Positions 1-7,536 of a DNA stretch of 32,889 nt are shown here, piece after piece. Source of the DNA: Nanobdellati archaeon (GTDB lineage Archaea > EX4484-52 > JAADEF01); assembly GCA_015520895.1 (NCBI GenBank), contig WAPH01000016.1, positions 1-32,889 on the forward strand. The letters are read 5' to 3'. A program made the position numbers and the translations under genes. Below the pieces are notes generated by a model, which worked only from the letters and a program-made list of their open reading frames with translations, was not told the origin of the DNA and made no database searches. Each line of letters starts with the position of its first letter. Position 1 is the stretch's first letter.

Positions 1-31
1 GTTATTGTTACTTTAATGTTTATAATACTTA

Positions 32-87
32 TTCCAAAAGAAATTAAGGGGTCTCTCTTTGTTACTACCTTTACTTCCTATGGAAAA
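32..87. promoter_or_regulatory. Two ORB-like (origin recognition box) elements upstream of orc1/cdc6; candidate edge of a replication origin
   Basis: TTCCAaaaGAAAttaaGGGGTC at 32-53 has two half-sites plus a G-string. TTCCtatGGAAA at 75-86 is a dyad. Both resemble the archaeal ORB/mini-ORB pattern (TCCA-N3-GGAAA followed by GGGG), recalled from memory. They sit directly before an orc1/cdc6 gene. A TATA-like tttaaagtttatta (91-104) lies about 25 nt before the ATG at 120. Confidence 0.4.
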
Positions 88-119
88 GAATTTAAAGTTT
101 ATTAATAATTATCATCTCT

Positions 120-1340
120 ATGATTGTGCAAAAAACCATTCATGATATTTTCAAGGATGCTATAAATTCAAAACCAATATTTAAAGACAAATCTGTTTTA
201 ACTATTAACTTTACTCCTCAAAATATTATGCATCGTGACTCTTTTATTTATACTTTGTCAAAGATATTGGCTGTTTCTTTAAAAGGCGATAAGCCATCTA
301 ATGTTTTTATATATGGACCTACAGGTACGGGTAAAACCTTAGTCACAACTTTTGTTTTAAAAGAATTAAAAAAAGCTGCCGACGATAACGGTAGTAATTT
401 GACTTATGTTTATGTTAATTCTAATCTTAAAAGAGTTGCTGATACAGAGTATCGCTTACTTTCTTATATAGCTAATGAATTAGGTGAAAGTATTCCTTTT
501 ACGGGTTTACCTACTGATGTTGTATATGACAGGTTTTTTAAAAAACTTAAAGAAATTGGTGGTGTTGTTATTTTAGCTATTGATGAAATTGATATTTTAG
601 TTGAAAAAATAGGCGATAGGTTTCTTTATACATTAACAAGAATAAATCAGGAGCTAGAAGGGGTTGTTGTTTCTTTAATAGGTATATCAAATAATCTTAG
701 TTTTACAGAGCATTTAGATGCCAGGGTTAAATCTTCTTTATCAGAAGAAGAGATCTGGTTTACACCTTATAATGCTTTACAGCTTCGCGATATTTTGAAT
801 GAAAGAGCAAAATTGGCCTTTAATGAAGGAAAGATAAACGAAGCTGTTATTAATAAATGTGCTGCTTTGGCTGCTCAAGAACATGGAGATGCTAGGAAGG
901 CACTAGATCTTTTAAGGGTTGCCGGCGAGATAGCAGAGAGATTAAATGCAGAGAAAGTGTTAGAGGAGCACGTGGATATGGCTGAGAAAAAGATAGATTA
1001 TGATAGAATATTTGAAGCTGTGAAAACGTTGCCTAAGCACTCTAATTTTGTGCTTTATGCTATTATTGAGTTATTAAAAGAAAACGATAATTCTAAAGTT
1101 TTAACAGGAGATGTTTATAATACTTATAGCGATATTTGCAAACGCAATAAAATAAAACCACTAACTCAACGCCGTGTATCAGATATTATCTCAGAATTAG
1201 ATGTTTTAGGTATAATTAACGCGAAAGTTATTAGCCACGGAAGGTATGGAAGAACAAGAGAAATAACTTTTAGCAACTCTTTAGACACTTATCTAAAGAT
1301 AAAAGATTTTATTAAAAAGGAGTGGTTGTTCAATGATTAA
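120..1340 (+). CDS. orc1: Orc1/Cdc6 replication initiator (AAA+ ATPase with C-terminal winged helix)
   Basis: Walker A GPTGTGKT, Walker B ILAIDEID, and typical Orc1/Cdc6 sensor and winged-helix regions (GDARKALDLLRVAGEIAE; RRVSDIISELDVLGII). Confidence 0.9.
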   Translation: MIVQKTIHDIFKDAINSKPIFKDKSVLTINFTPQNIMHRDSFIYTLSKILAVSLKGDKPSNVFIYGPTGTGKTLVTTFVLKELKKAADDNGSNLTYVYVNSNLKRVADTEYRLLSYIANELGESIPFTGLPTDVVYDRFFKKLKEIGGVVILAIDEIDILVEKIGDRFLYTLTRINQELEGVVVSLIGISNNLSFTEHLDARVKSSLSEEEIWFTPYNALQLRDILNERAKLAFNEGKINEAVINKCAALAAQEHGDARKALDLLRVAGEIAERLNAEKVLEEHVDMAEKKIDYDRIFEAVKTLPKHSNFVLYAIIELLKENDNSKVLTGDVYNTYSDICKRNKIKPLTQRRVSDIISELDVLGIINAKVISHGRYGRTREITFSNSLDTYLKIKDFIKKEWLFND

Positions 1341-1884
1341 GGCTGTGTTTCTCGAAAGCAAGGTTGTTGTGTGGGATGAAAAGGAGGGAGAAAAACTATA
1401 CCAAAATAAATATTTTGGGAAATGGATAGAAGAAGAAGGAAAAACTAAGTATTTACAATTATCTTTGCCTGAGGCCATGTATTTAGCAGAAAGAGAGATT
1501 ATAGAGGTATGGAAAGGAAATAAGAAGCTAAGCATTAAAGAATTTTATGATATGTGTTGTGAAGTTGATAAAGAGTTTCCTCAAAAATTTACTGTTTTTA
1601 GAGATTTGCGTAACCGAGGTTATATTGTAAAATCTGGATTTAAGTTTGGTACTCATTTTAGAGTATATGAGAAAGGCGTTAATCCTTATAAAAAAGGAGA
1701 AAAAACAAAAAAAGAGCATACTAAATATAATGTACATGCGGTTCCTGAAAATCATATGCTTAGCTATCATGAATGGTCTCGATATGTAAGGTTAAGTCAT
1801 ACTATCCGTGCTCAGGCGTTGCTTGCTGTTGTTGATGAAGAAGGTGATGTAACTTATTACACTATTAATAGAGTCAAACCTTAA
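1333..1884 (+). CDS. endA: tRNA-splicing (intron) endonuclease EndA, short homotetramer-type
   Basis: At 183 aa it aligns by eye to Methanocaldococcus-type EndA: LSLPEAMYL, FRDLRNRGYIVKSGFKFGTHFRVYEKG, catalytic His context EHTKYNVHAV, and C-terminal DEEGDVTYYTINRVKP. It overlaps the orc1 stop by 8 nt. Confidence 0.88.
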   Translation: MIKAVFLESKVVVWDEKEGEKLYQNKYFGKWIEEEGKTKYLQLSLPEAMYLAEREIIEVWKGNKKLSIKEFYDMCCEVDKEFPQKFTVFRDLRNRGYIVKSGFKFGTHFRVYEKGVNPYKKGEKTKKEHTKYNVHAVPENHMLSYHEWSRYVRLSHTIRAQALLAVVDEEGDVTYYTINRVKP

Positions 1885-2087
1885 CCACCAGAAACTATTT
1901 TTATAACTTGTAATGTATCTTTGTCATTTACTTCTTCATCATCAGGTATTATTTTTCCATCTTTACTTACTAAATATTCTTCAGGATTATAACCTGCTTC
2001 AATAAGAACATCTCTTACCTTTTTTATACCTTCTTTTATCTTTACTTCTTTTATTTTGTTGTTGTTTTTCTCTTTTATAATAACCAT
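1881..2087 (-). CDS. Small ubiquitin-like beta-grasp protein (ThiS/MoaD/SAMP family) ending in Gly-Gly
   Basis: 68 aa. The C-terminal half, LVSKDGKIIPDDEEVNDKDTLQVIKIVSGG, matches the ThiS/MoaD pattern (NG.i......l.dgD.l.ii..vsGG). The di-glycine sits exactly at the C-terminus. Confidence 0.65.
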   Translation of the reverse strand: MVIIKEKNNNKIKEVKIKEGIKKVRDVLIEAGYNPEEYLVSKDGKIIPDDEEVNDKDTLQVIKIVSGG

Positions 2088-2153
2088 AATTTAAAATATT
2101 ATTAAAGTATTATTTAAAAATCTTTATATTCTTGTTTAACCTTAACATTTATT

Positions 2154-2690
2154 ATGAGAACTTTACTTTACAGAAGTTATTTAATGCCTAACCAAGAATG
2201 GATTGTTTTTACTATTAAAGGCACAAATTTATGGAAATTTGTATTAAAAGGACTCGATAATTTAGCAAAAGCAGTATTCGAAATTTCAGGAAGTAAAATT
2301 TATAAATTATATTTGATGATAGACGATACAGAAACAGCTAAAACAGGTAATGTTTCTTATAGATATTATGTAAAGTATAAAAAAACATGGGATGATTATA
2401 GCAGATTTTGGACTTATGTAAAAACAAATGGTTGGCAGAATATTAAAACTAAAGAGTCTGAGGTAACTTTTAAAATATCTCCTTATTTGGAAACAAAATT
2501 TGAATATGCTAATACTATCCATAGGAGTCTTTTATGGGCTTATCATTATATGTGGTATAATAATCGTGTATTAGACTTATTAGAGTTAAGTAAAGAACTT
2601 AACAGGAGATTCATTGAAGAAATAAAAGCTAAATTAGGTGCAAGCAAGTTTGATAAAGGTTTATTGGATGCATGGAGGATGGGAGAATGA
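2154..2690 (+). CDS. Hypothetical protein, Trp/Tyr-rich, no family recognised
   Basis: 178-aa ORF with host-like composition. It is the first gene of an overlapping operon with pcc1 and DUF167. The pattern is beta-rich followed by a long C-terminal helix. No motif identified. Confidence 0.55.
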   Translation: MRTLLYRSYLMPNQEWIVFTIKGTNLWKFVLKGLDNLAKAVFEISGSKIYKLYLMIDDTETAKTGNVSYRYYVKYKKTWDDYSRFWTYVKTNGWQNIKTKESEVTFKISPYLETKFEYANTIHRSLLWAYHYMWYNNRVLDLLELSKELNRRFIEEIKAKLGASKFDKGLLDAWRMGE

Positions 2691-2917
2691 AATACTCTTT
2701 AATATTAACTTTTAAATGTTATGATCCTTTATTAATTTCAAATATGTTAAAAAGACTTGATATAAAAATAAAAGACAGAGTTTTTTATGATGTAGAAAAC
2801 TCTCAAGAAGAAGTTATTATTTCTTTAAAGGCTAAAGATGTAACTGCTTTAAGAACTGCTATTAATGCAATCTTACGTAATTTAAAGGTTGCCGAAGATG
2901 CTATGGCGATAAAATGA
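2687..2917 (+). CDS. pcc1: KEOPS complex subunit Pcc1
   Basis: The C-terminal IISLKAKDVTALRTAINAILRNLKVAEDAMAI aligns by eye with archaeal Pcc1 (ILDIKATDSSALRGTVNSYLRWIKAAIDVI). The ATG at 2687 forms an ATGA overlap with the upstream stop and follows GGAGGA at 2675-2680. The ORF track's alternative start is 2672. Confidence 0.8.
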   Translation: MKYSLILTFKCYDPLLISNMLKRLDIKIKDRVFYDVENSQEEVIISLKAKDVTALRTAINAILRNLKVAEDAMAIK

Positions 2918-3192
2918 TTATAGAAAAAGAAAAAGGTTGTTTAGTTGAAGTAAAGGTTAAACCTAATCAGAATGCTTTTAAGATATATGAAAGAAATGGA
3001 AGAGTGATAATAGAGGTAAAAAGTAAAGCCGAACATGGAAGAGCAAACGAGGAACTGTGTAGAAAGTTGGAAAAACTATTTAAAAATAAGGTTATTATTA
3101 TTAAAGGTAAGAAACTCAGTCGTAAGACTTTATTCATCGAAAATATCACTCAGGATGAGTTTCACAGGTTGCTTAGAGATCATGATTATTAA
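2914..3192 (+). CDS. DUF167 / YggU-family protein (UPF0235)
   Basis: 92 aa with the pattern VKVKPN....I.......I.VKSKAEHGRANEEL...L.......V.IIKGKKLSRK, typical of DUF167. ATGA overlap with the pcc1 stop. Confidence 0.7.
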   Translation: MIIEKEKGCLVEVKVKPNQNAFKIYERNGRVIIEVKSKAEHGRANEELCRKLEKLFKNKVIIIKGKKLSRKTLFIENITQDEFHRLLRDHDY

Positions 3193-3249
3193 TTCATCAT
3201 TTCACTATCTTCTCTAAGCAACCTATCGTTTGAATAGGAGGTGATTTTA

Positions 3250-4452
3250 ATGGCAAAATTAGCACAAACATCTATTAAATATGTGGTTAGAGCTAAGTTT
3301 TATGCGAATGGTGTTGTTGAAAAACCAGACATTATTGGAGCTTTATTCGGTCAAACTGAAGGCTTGTTAGGTCCTGATTTAGATTTAAGAGAATTGCAAC
3401 GCACTGGTAAAATAGGAAGAATAGATGTTGTTAATATTAAAGTAGAAAAAGGAAAAACAACAGGAGAAATAATAATTCCTTCAAGTTTAGGAAGTACAGA
3501 ATCTGCATTAATAGCTGCTGCTATTGAGACTATAGAAAGAATAGGCCCGTGTGATGCTGAAATTAAAGTTGAGGCATTGGAAGACTTAAGAACTATAAAA
3601 CGTAAGTATATTACCGAGAGAGCTAAAGATTTATTAGCCTCTTTATTATCTCAAGTACCTGATTTAAATGTTTTAACTGAGGAGATCTTACAGGCAGTAC
3701 GAGCAGGAGAAATTACAGAGTATAAAGGCATGCCGGCAGGTCCTGATGTTGCTACCTCTGAAGAAGTGATATTTGTTGAAGGAAGAGCAGATGTTATTAA
3801 TTTGTTAAAACATGGGGTTAAGAACGCTATTGCTATTGGCGGTACTTCTATAAATGATGAAGTAGTTAACTTGTCTAAGGAGAAAATAGTAACTGTGTTT
3901 TTAGATGGGGATCGTGGAGGAGATTTGATTTTGAAGGAATTGCAGGATATGGGTGCGGAAATAGATTACATAGCAAGAGCTCCTCCAGGTAAAGAAGTTG
4001 AAGAGCTGACAAAGAAAGAAGTGTTTAAAGCTTTACGTGATAGGTTGCCTGTCAATAAAAAACAAATACCTGTTATGGAAGCTAAGGAAGAAAAAACACA
4101 AAAGAAACAAGAACCTAAAAAACAACAAAACGGGTCTATTATAAAAACTAAAACTTCTGGAAAAGGAGAGTTGCCAGAAGAGGTTAAGAATTTAGTAAAT
4201 GAGCAACTTGAGGAGATACTTGGCACAAGAGCGTCTGCTATTTTCGATGAAAACCTTCAGTTATTAGGAAGGGTTCCTGTAAAGGAACTTGCTAATGCTT
4301 TAAAGCAAGTTGAAAAGGCCTATGTTGTTGTTACTGATGGAGAGGTAACATCTGCATTGTTAAAAGTTGCCGAGTCAAAGGGAGTTAAAGTGGTTGCCTC
4401 AACCAAGAAAATTCCTTTAAAGTCTCGTAAAATAACTTTGATTCAGGGGTGA
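3250..4452 (+). CDS. dnaG: Archaeal DnaG-type primase / exosome-associated Toprim protein
   Basis: The N-terminus KYVVRAKFYANGVVEKPDIIGALFGQTEGLLGPDLDLRELQRTGKIGRI is the archaeal DnaG signature. Toprim region VIFVEGRADVINL ... FLDGDRGGDLI. AGGAGGTGA at 3235-3243 favours the ATG at 3250 over the GTG at 3241. Confidence 0.9.
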   Translation: MAKLAQTSIKYVVRAKFYANGVVEKPDIIGALFGQTEGLLGPDLDLRELQRTGKIGRIDVVNIKVEKGKTTGEIIIPSSLGSTESALIAAAIETIERIGPCDAEIKVEALEDLRTIKRKYITERAKDLLASLLSQVPDLNVLTEEILQAVRAGEITEYKGMPAGPDVATSEEVIFVEGRADVINLLKHGVKNAIAIGGTSINDEVVNLSKEKIVTVFLDGDRGGDLILKELQDMGAEIDYIARAPPGKEVEELTKKEVFKALRDRLPVNKKQIPVMEAKEEKTQKKQEPKKQQNGSIIKTKTSGKGELPEEVKNLVNEQLEEILGTRASAIFDENLQLLGRVPVKELANALKQVEKAYVVVTDGEVTSALLKVAESKGVKVVASTKKIPLKSRKITLIQG

Positions 4453-4456
4453 GAGA

Positions 4457-4795
4457 ATGAGTAAAAACTTAGATGAGTTAAACCAACAGTATGCTAACCT
4501 TTACCAACAATGGCAACTTGTTGTAATGCAAAAAGAACAATTTGTCATGCAACTTAACGAGGTGGAGAACGCGTTAAACGAAATAAGCAAAGCAAAGGAA
4601 GAGGACGATATTTATAAAATTGCTGGTACAATTATGATTAAAAAAGATAAAAGGGAGGTTGAAAAGGAACTTAAAGAGTTAAAGGAAACTTTAGAGTTAC
4701 GAGTAAAAACATTAGAAAAACAAGAAAAGAACTTGAGAGAAAAACTTGCAGAGATGCAGAAAAAAATAGTAAAAGTTCAAGGAGGTGCGGGATAA
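4457..4795 (+). CDS. pfdB: Prefoldin beta subunit
   Basis: 112-aa coiled-coil protein with the central beta-hairpin segment DDIYKIAGTIMIKKDKREV flanked by heptad helices. This is the typical archaeal PfdB length and layout. Confidence 0.8.
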   Translation: MSKNLDELNQQYANLYQQWQLVVMQKEQFVMQLNEVENALNEISKAKEEDDIYKIAGTIMIKKDKREVEKELKELKETLELRVKTLEKQEKNLREKLAEMQKKIVKVQGGAG

Positions 4796-4842
4796 CTTTG
4801 CTATAATCTTAACAACTACTTTTACAATTATATTTTATAAAC

Positions 4843-4848
4843 TTTTTT
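4843..4848 (+). terminator. Oligo-T tract downstream of pfdB (possible archaeal terminator)
   Basis: A run of six T about 50 nt after the pfdB stop, in a 104-nt AT-rich spacer that precedes the next gene. Confidence 0.25.
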
Positions 4849-4899
4849 ATTAATTATATATAATTATTAATTAATGATAAAGAACGTAAGGAGATAAAA

Positions 4900-5094
4900 A
4901 TGCGTGAGAGGTATAAAGCTCTGGAAGAAAGATATAAAAGTTTAAGAAGAAAAATAGAGGAAAATACGGATATTAAAATATATAAAGAAGGAGTTCCTTT
5001 ACCTCAAAATTACATTGAAATAGGATCTTTATTCGATATTGTAACTGGTGAAAAATACATACTTGCGGTTAAAAATGATTATAAAGAGAAGTAA
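4900..5094 (+). CDS. Hypothetical small protein (64 aa)
   Basis: ORF preceded by AAGGAG at 4889-4894. Charged helical N-terminus followed by a short beta-like C-terminus. No family recognised. Confidence 0.45.
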   Translation: MRERYKALEERYKSLRRKIEENTDIKIYKEGVPLPQNYIEIGSLFDIVTGEKYILAVKNDYKEK

Positions 5095-5143
5095 TTCTTA
5101 ACTTTATTAAATACATAACTTCTATTTTAATATTTAAGGTGTT

Positions 5144-6184
5144 ATGATGAAAAAAGCTTATTTATATAATAAAGATTCTCAAAGTATTAAATGTTTAGCA
5201 TGTAAACATTATTGTATAATAAAAGAAGGGAAAACCGGAATTTGTCATGTAAGAGCCAATATGGATAATGACCTTTTTCTTCTAACCCACGGGTTAATAG
5301 CAGCAGAACACCTTGATCCTATAGAGAAAAAACCTTTTTATCATTTTTTACCATCTACTACTGCCTACTCTTTAGGTACTTTTGGATGTAACTTTCGTTG
5401 TCTTTTTTGTCAGAACTGGCAACTTAGCCAAGTAATAAAGAAATTATCTAACTTTGATGCATCTAAAGCATTAAACTTTTTAAGAACTTATAGTAAAGAA
5501 ATAGATGCAAAAGAAGCTATTAAAAAAGCAATACATTTAGGTGCTAAAACAATCGCTTATACTTATAACGAACCCACTATTTGGGCAGAATTTGTTAAAG
5601 ATATAGCTAAACAAGCAAAAAAACACAAATTAAAAAACGTTATGATATCTAGTGGTTACGAATCTAACGAAACAATAGAATATTTAGAAGAGATTGATGC
5701 TTATAATATTGATCTAAAAGGCTTTACAGACGAATTTTATATAAATGTAGTTGGAGCAAAACTTGAAAATGTTTTAGATACTATTGAAACGTTGCATAAA
5801 AGAGGAAAATGGATCGAAATTACTACATTATTAATTCCGGGAAAAAATGATAATAAGCAAGAGCTTAAAGATCTTACTGCTTTTATTGCAGGTATAAGCG
5901 AAGATATTCCATGGCATGTTAGTAGATTTCATCCCGATTATCTTATGCAGGATGTGGAACCTACACCTATATCTACTTTAGAGAGAGCAATAAGTATTGG
6001 GGAAGAAGCAGGCCTGAATTATGTGTATATTGGAAATGTTGTAGGTCATGAAAAGGAACATACTTATTGCCCTTGTTGCCAGAATGTAGTAATCAAAAGG
6101 CAAGGCTATTTAGTTGAAAATTATTTAGACGAGAAAGGCAAATGTCCTTATTGTTCTTGTAAGTTGGCGGGTGTGTGGGAATAA
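5144..6184 (+). CDS. AmmeMemoRadiSam-system-type radical SAM enzyme (PflA-like activase family)
   Basis: Radical SAM CxxxCxxC motif (GCNFRCLFCQNW). N-terminal Cys cluster (KCLACKHYCIIKEGKTGICHVR). DPIEKKPFYHF. C-terminal zinc-ribbon-like CPCC...CPYCSC...GVW. Confidence 0.75.
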   Translation: MMKKAYLYNKDSQSIKCLACKHYCIIKEGKTGICHVRANMDNDLFLLTHGLIAAEHLDPIEKKPFYHFLPSTTAYSLGTFGCNFRCLFCQNWQLSQVIKKLSNFDASKALNFLRTYSKEIDAKEAIKKAIHLGAKTIAYTYNEPTIWAEFVKDIAKQAKKHKLKNVMISSGYESNETIEYLEEIDAYNIDLKGFTDEFYINVVGAKLENVLDTIETLHKRGKWIEITTLLIPGKNDNKQELKDLTAFIAGISEDIPWHVSRFHPDYLMQDVEPTPISTLERAISIGEEAGLNYVYIGNVVGHEKEHTYCPCCQNVVIKRQGYLVENYLDEKGKCPYCSCKLAGVWE

Positions 6185-7512
6185 AGTTTATCTTTAATCA
6201 TATTCATTTCTTTTTCCACTTCTCTTATAAGGTTGTGAGTTTCTCTTCTCAATATATATATTGCTATACCTATGCTCATCCATGTAATAGCTAAGAACAA
6301 CGTTTTAACATCAACAAATACAGCATTATACATAATAAGAGAGGATATGAGAAAGGCAATTAATATAATAACTATGTCGTATTTAAATCTTAAAGAACTT
6401 CTAGCATATAAATGCTTTCTTTTGAACTTTAAGGATAAAGCTGCTAAACTCATAAGCATGTAAGTTATAGAAGTAGTAAAAGCCGCTAAAGTGGCCAAAC
6501 TAATTAGTGGTAAGTTAAGTAAATAAATGGTTGCCAACATTAAGCCTATGAAGGTTATAGAAAACCAAGGAAGTGTTTTGCTTTTATCTAATGAAGCGAA
6601 TATTTCCGGCAATACTTTATCTTTTCCCCAAGCATAAAAGAATCGTGAAGTAGCATAAATACCTAAAGGTATTTTTATCATGAGTAAAATTAATAATCCG
6701 TTAATAAGGAAATTAGCTATGTCAGAAGGTATTAAATTAAATAGTTCTTTAGAACGAGATATTTCATTTAAGGGAAAAGAACCATATATTAAGGTTGCGA
6801 AGATCATATATATAAAAAAAATAGTAGTTAATGCTAAGAATATAGCAAGCGGTATGTTTCTTTCAGGATTCTTTATTTCACCACCTACGTATGTTACAAC
6901 TTCAAAACCTTGATACATAGAGAATAAAACAGTAGCAACTAATAAAATCTCCTTCCAAGAAACTGGACGTAAGTTACTTATGAGTGTGTTCGTATCAAAG
7001 TTATATAGCATAAAAATCATAGATGATAAAAAGAAAAGGAGTGTTATAAAAAAGGTAGCACTTTGAAGTTTAACTAATAAACGCGTATTAGCCATGAGGA
7101 TTAGCAAAAAAATCATGATGAGAACCAAACCCACCTCGAATGATTGTATGTGCTCTGGCAACCAATCAAATTTATTTATTATTATTTTGGAAAGTACTCT
7201 TAAATAAAAAGATGCACGAGCAATAAGATTAAAAGTAATTGCCCAACCTAATACAAATCCTATAAAAGGATGTATCATTCTACTTATAAACGCATATTCT
7301 CCAGCTGATTTGCTATATGCTGTTCCTAACATTCCATAAATATAACCTATAATCAAATCCATTAAGTAAATTAGAACAAGAGAGAGAAGAACATAAGAAC
7401 CAATAGCATACGTATTTTGGACATCTAATAGTAAATAGAATACTCCTAGTCCTAATATGGAGTTTATAGTAAAAGTAGTGATTTCCATCAAATTAAAATG
7501 CCTCTTAAGCAT
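6148..7512 (-). CDS. Amino acid/polyamine (APC superfamily) permease
   Basis: 454 aa and highly hydrophobic, with about 12 predicted TM segments. APC-like segments (FEVVTYVGGEIKNPERNIPLAI). Its 3' end overlaps the convergent radical SAM gene by 37 nt. Confidence 0.7.
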   Translation of the reverse strand: MLKRHFNLMEITTFTINSILGLGVFYLLLDVQNTYAIGSYVLLSLVLIYLMDLIIGYIYGMLGTAYSKSAGEYAFISRMIHPFIGFVLGWAITFNLIARASFYLRVLSKIIINKFDWLPEHIQSFEVGLVLIMIFLLILMANTRLLVKLQSATFFITLLFFLSSMIFMLYNFDTNTLISNLRPVSWKEILLVATVLFSMYQGFEVVTYVGGEIKNPERNIPLAIFLALTTIFFIYMIFATLIYGSFPLNEISRSKELFNLIPSDIANFLINGLLILLMIKIPLGIYATSRFFYAWGKDKVLPEIFASLDKSKTLPWFSITFIGLMLATIYLLNLPLISLATLAAFTTSITYMLMSLAALSLKFKRKHLYARSSLRFKYDIVIILIAFLISSLIMYNAVFVDVKTLFLAITWMSIGIAIYILRRETHNLIREVEKEMNMIKDKLYSHTPANLQEQ

Positions 7513-7536
7513 ATATTTTATACTTATTTAACTCCT

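Noticed and set aside
1293-1770. Antisense ORFs of 60-111 aa from the six-frame track. Examples: 1293-1535(-), 1528-1770(-), 2307-2522(-), 2967-3149(-), 3035-3217(+), 3966-4226(-), 6272-6463(+), 6680-6913(+), 8672-8863(+), 9169-9393(+), 10890-11072(+), 11323-11538(-), 14312-14773(-), 15736-15975(-), 23977-24183(+), 24203-24826(+), 24999-25202(-), 25339-25521(-), 25864-26199(-), 26377-26574(-), 28984-29190(-), 29677-29922(-), 30865-31146(+).
   Set aside because: Each lies fully inside, or opposite to, a longer ORF with clear family motifs. Their translations are low-complexity (Ser/Phe/Leu/Ile-rich), as expected for shadow frames of Lys/Glu-rich genes in AT-rich DNA. None has an independent SD or promoter signal.
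2154-2690. Idea that the 178-aa ORF upstream of pcc1 is the KEOPS subunit Cgi121.
   Set aside because: Its W/Y-rich sequence shows no by-eye similarity to archaeal Cgi121 as I remember it (M. jannaschii-type, about 145 aa). The adjacency alone is not evidence, so it is kept as an unknown.
3222-3238. Small hairpin CCTAT-N7-ATAGG before dnaG.
   Set aside because: The stem is only 5 bp in AT-rich DNA, and it overlaps the obvious AGGAGGTGA ribosome-binding site. It is most likely fortuitous.
4796-4899. Possible C/D-box sRNA or other ncRNA in the 104-nt spacer after pfdB (contains aATGATAa).
   Set aside because: There is no proper RUGAUGA C box paired with a CUGA D box at the right spacing, no terminal stem and no G+C enrichment. 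It looks like a terminator plus the promoter for the next gene.
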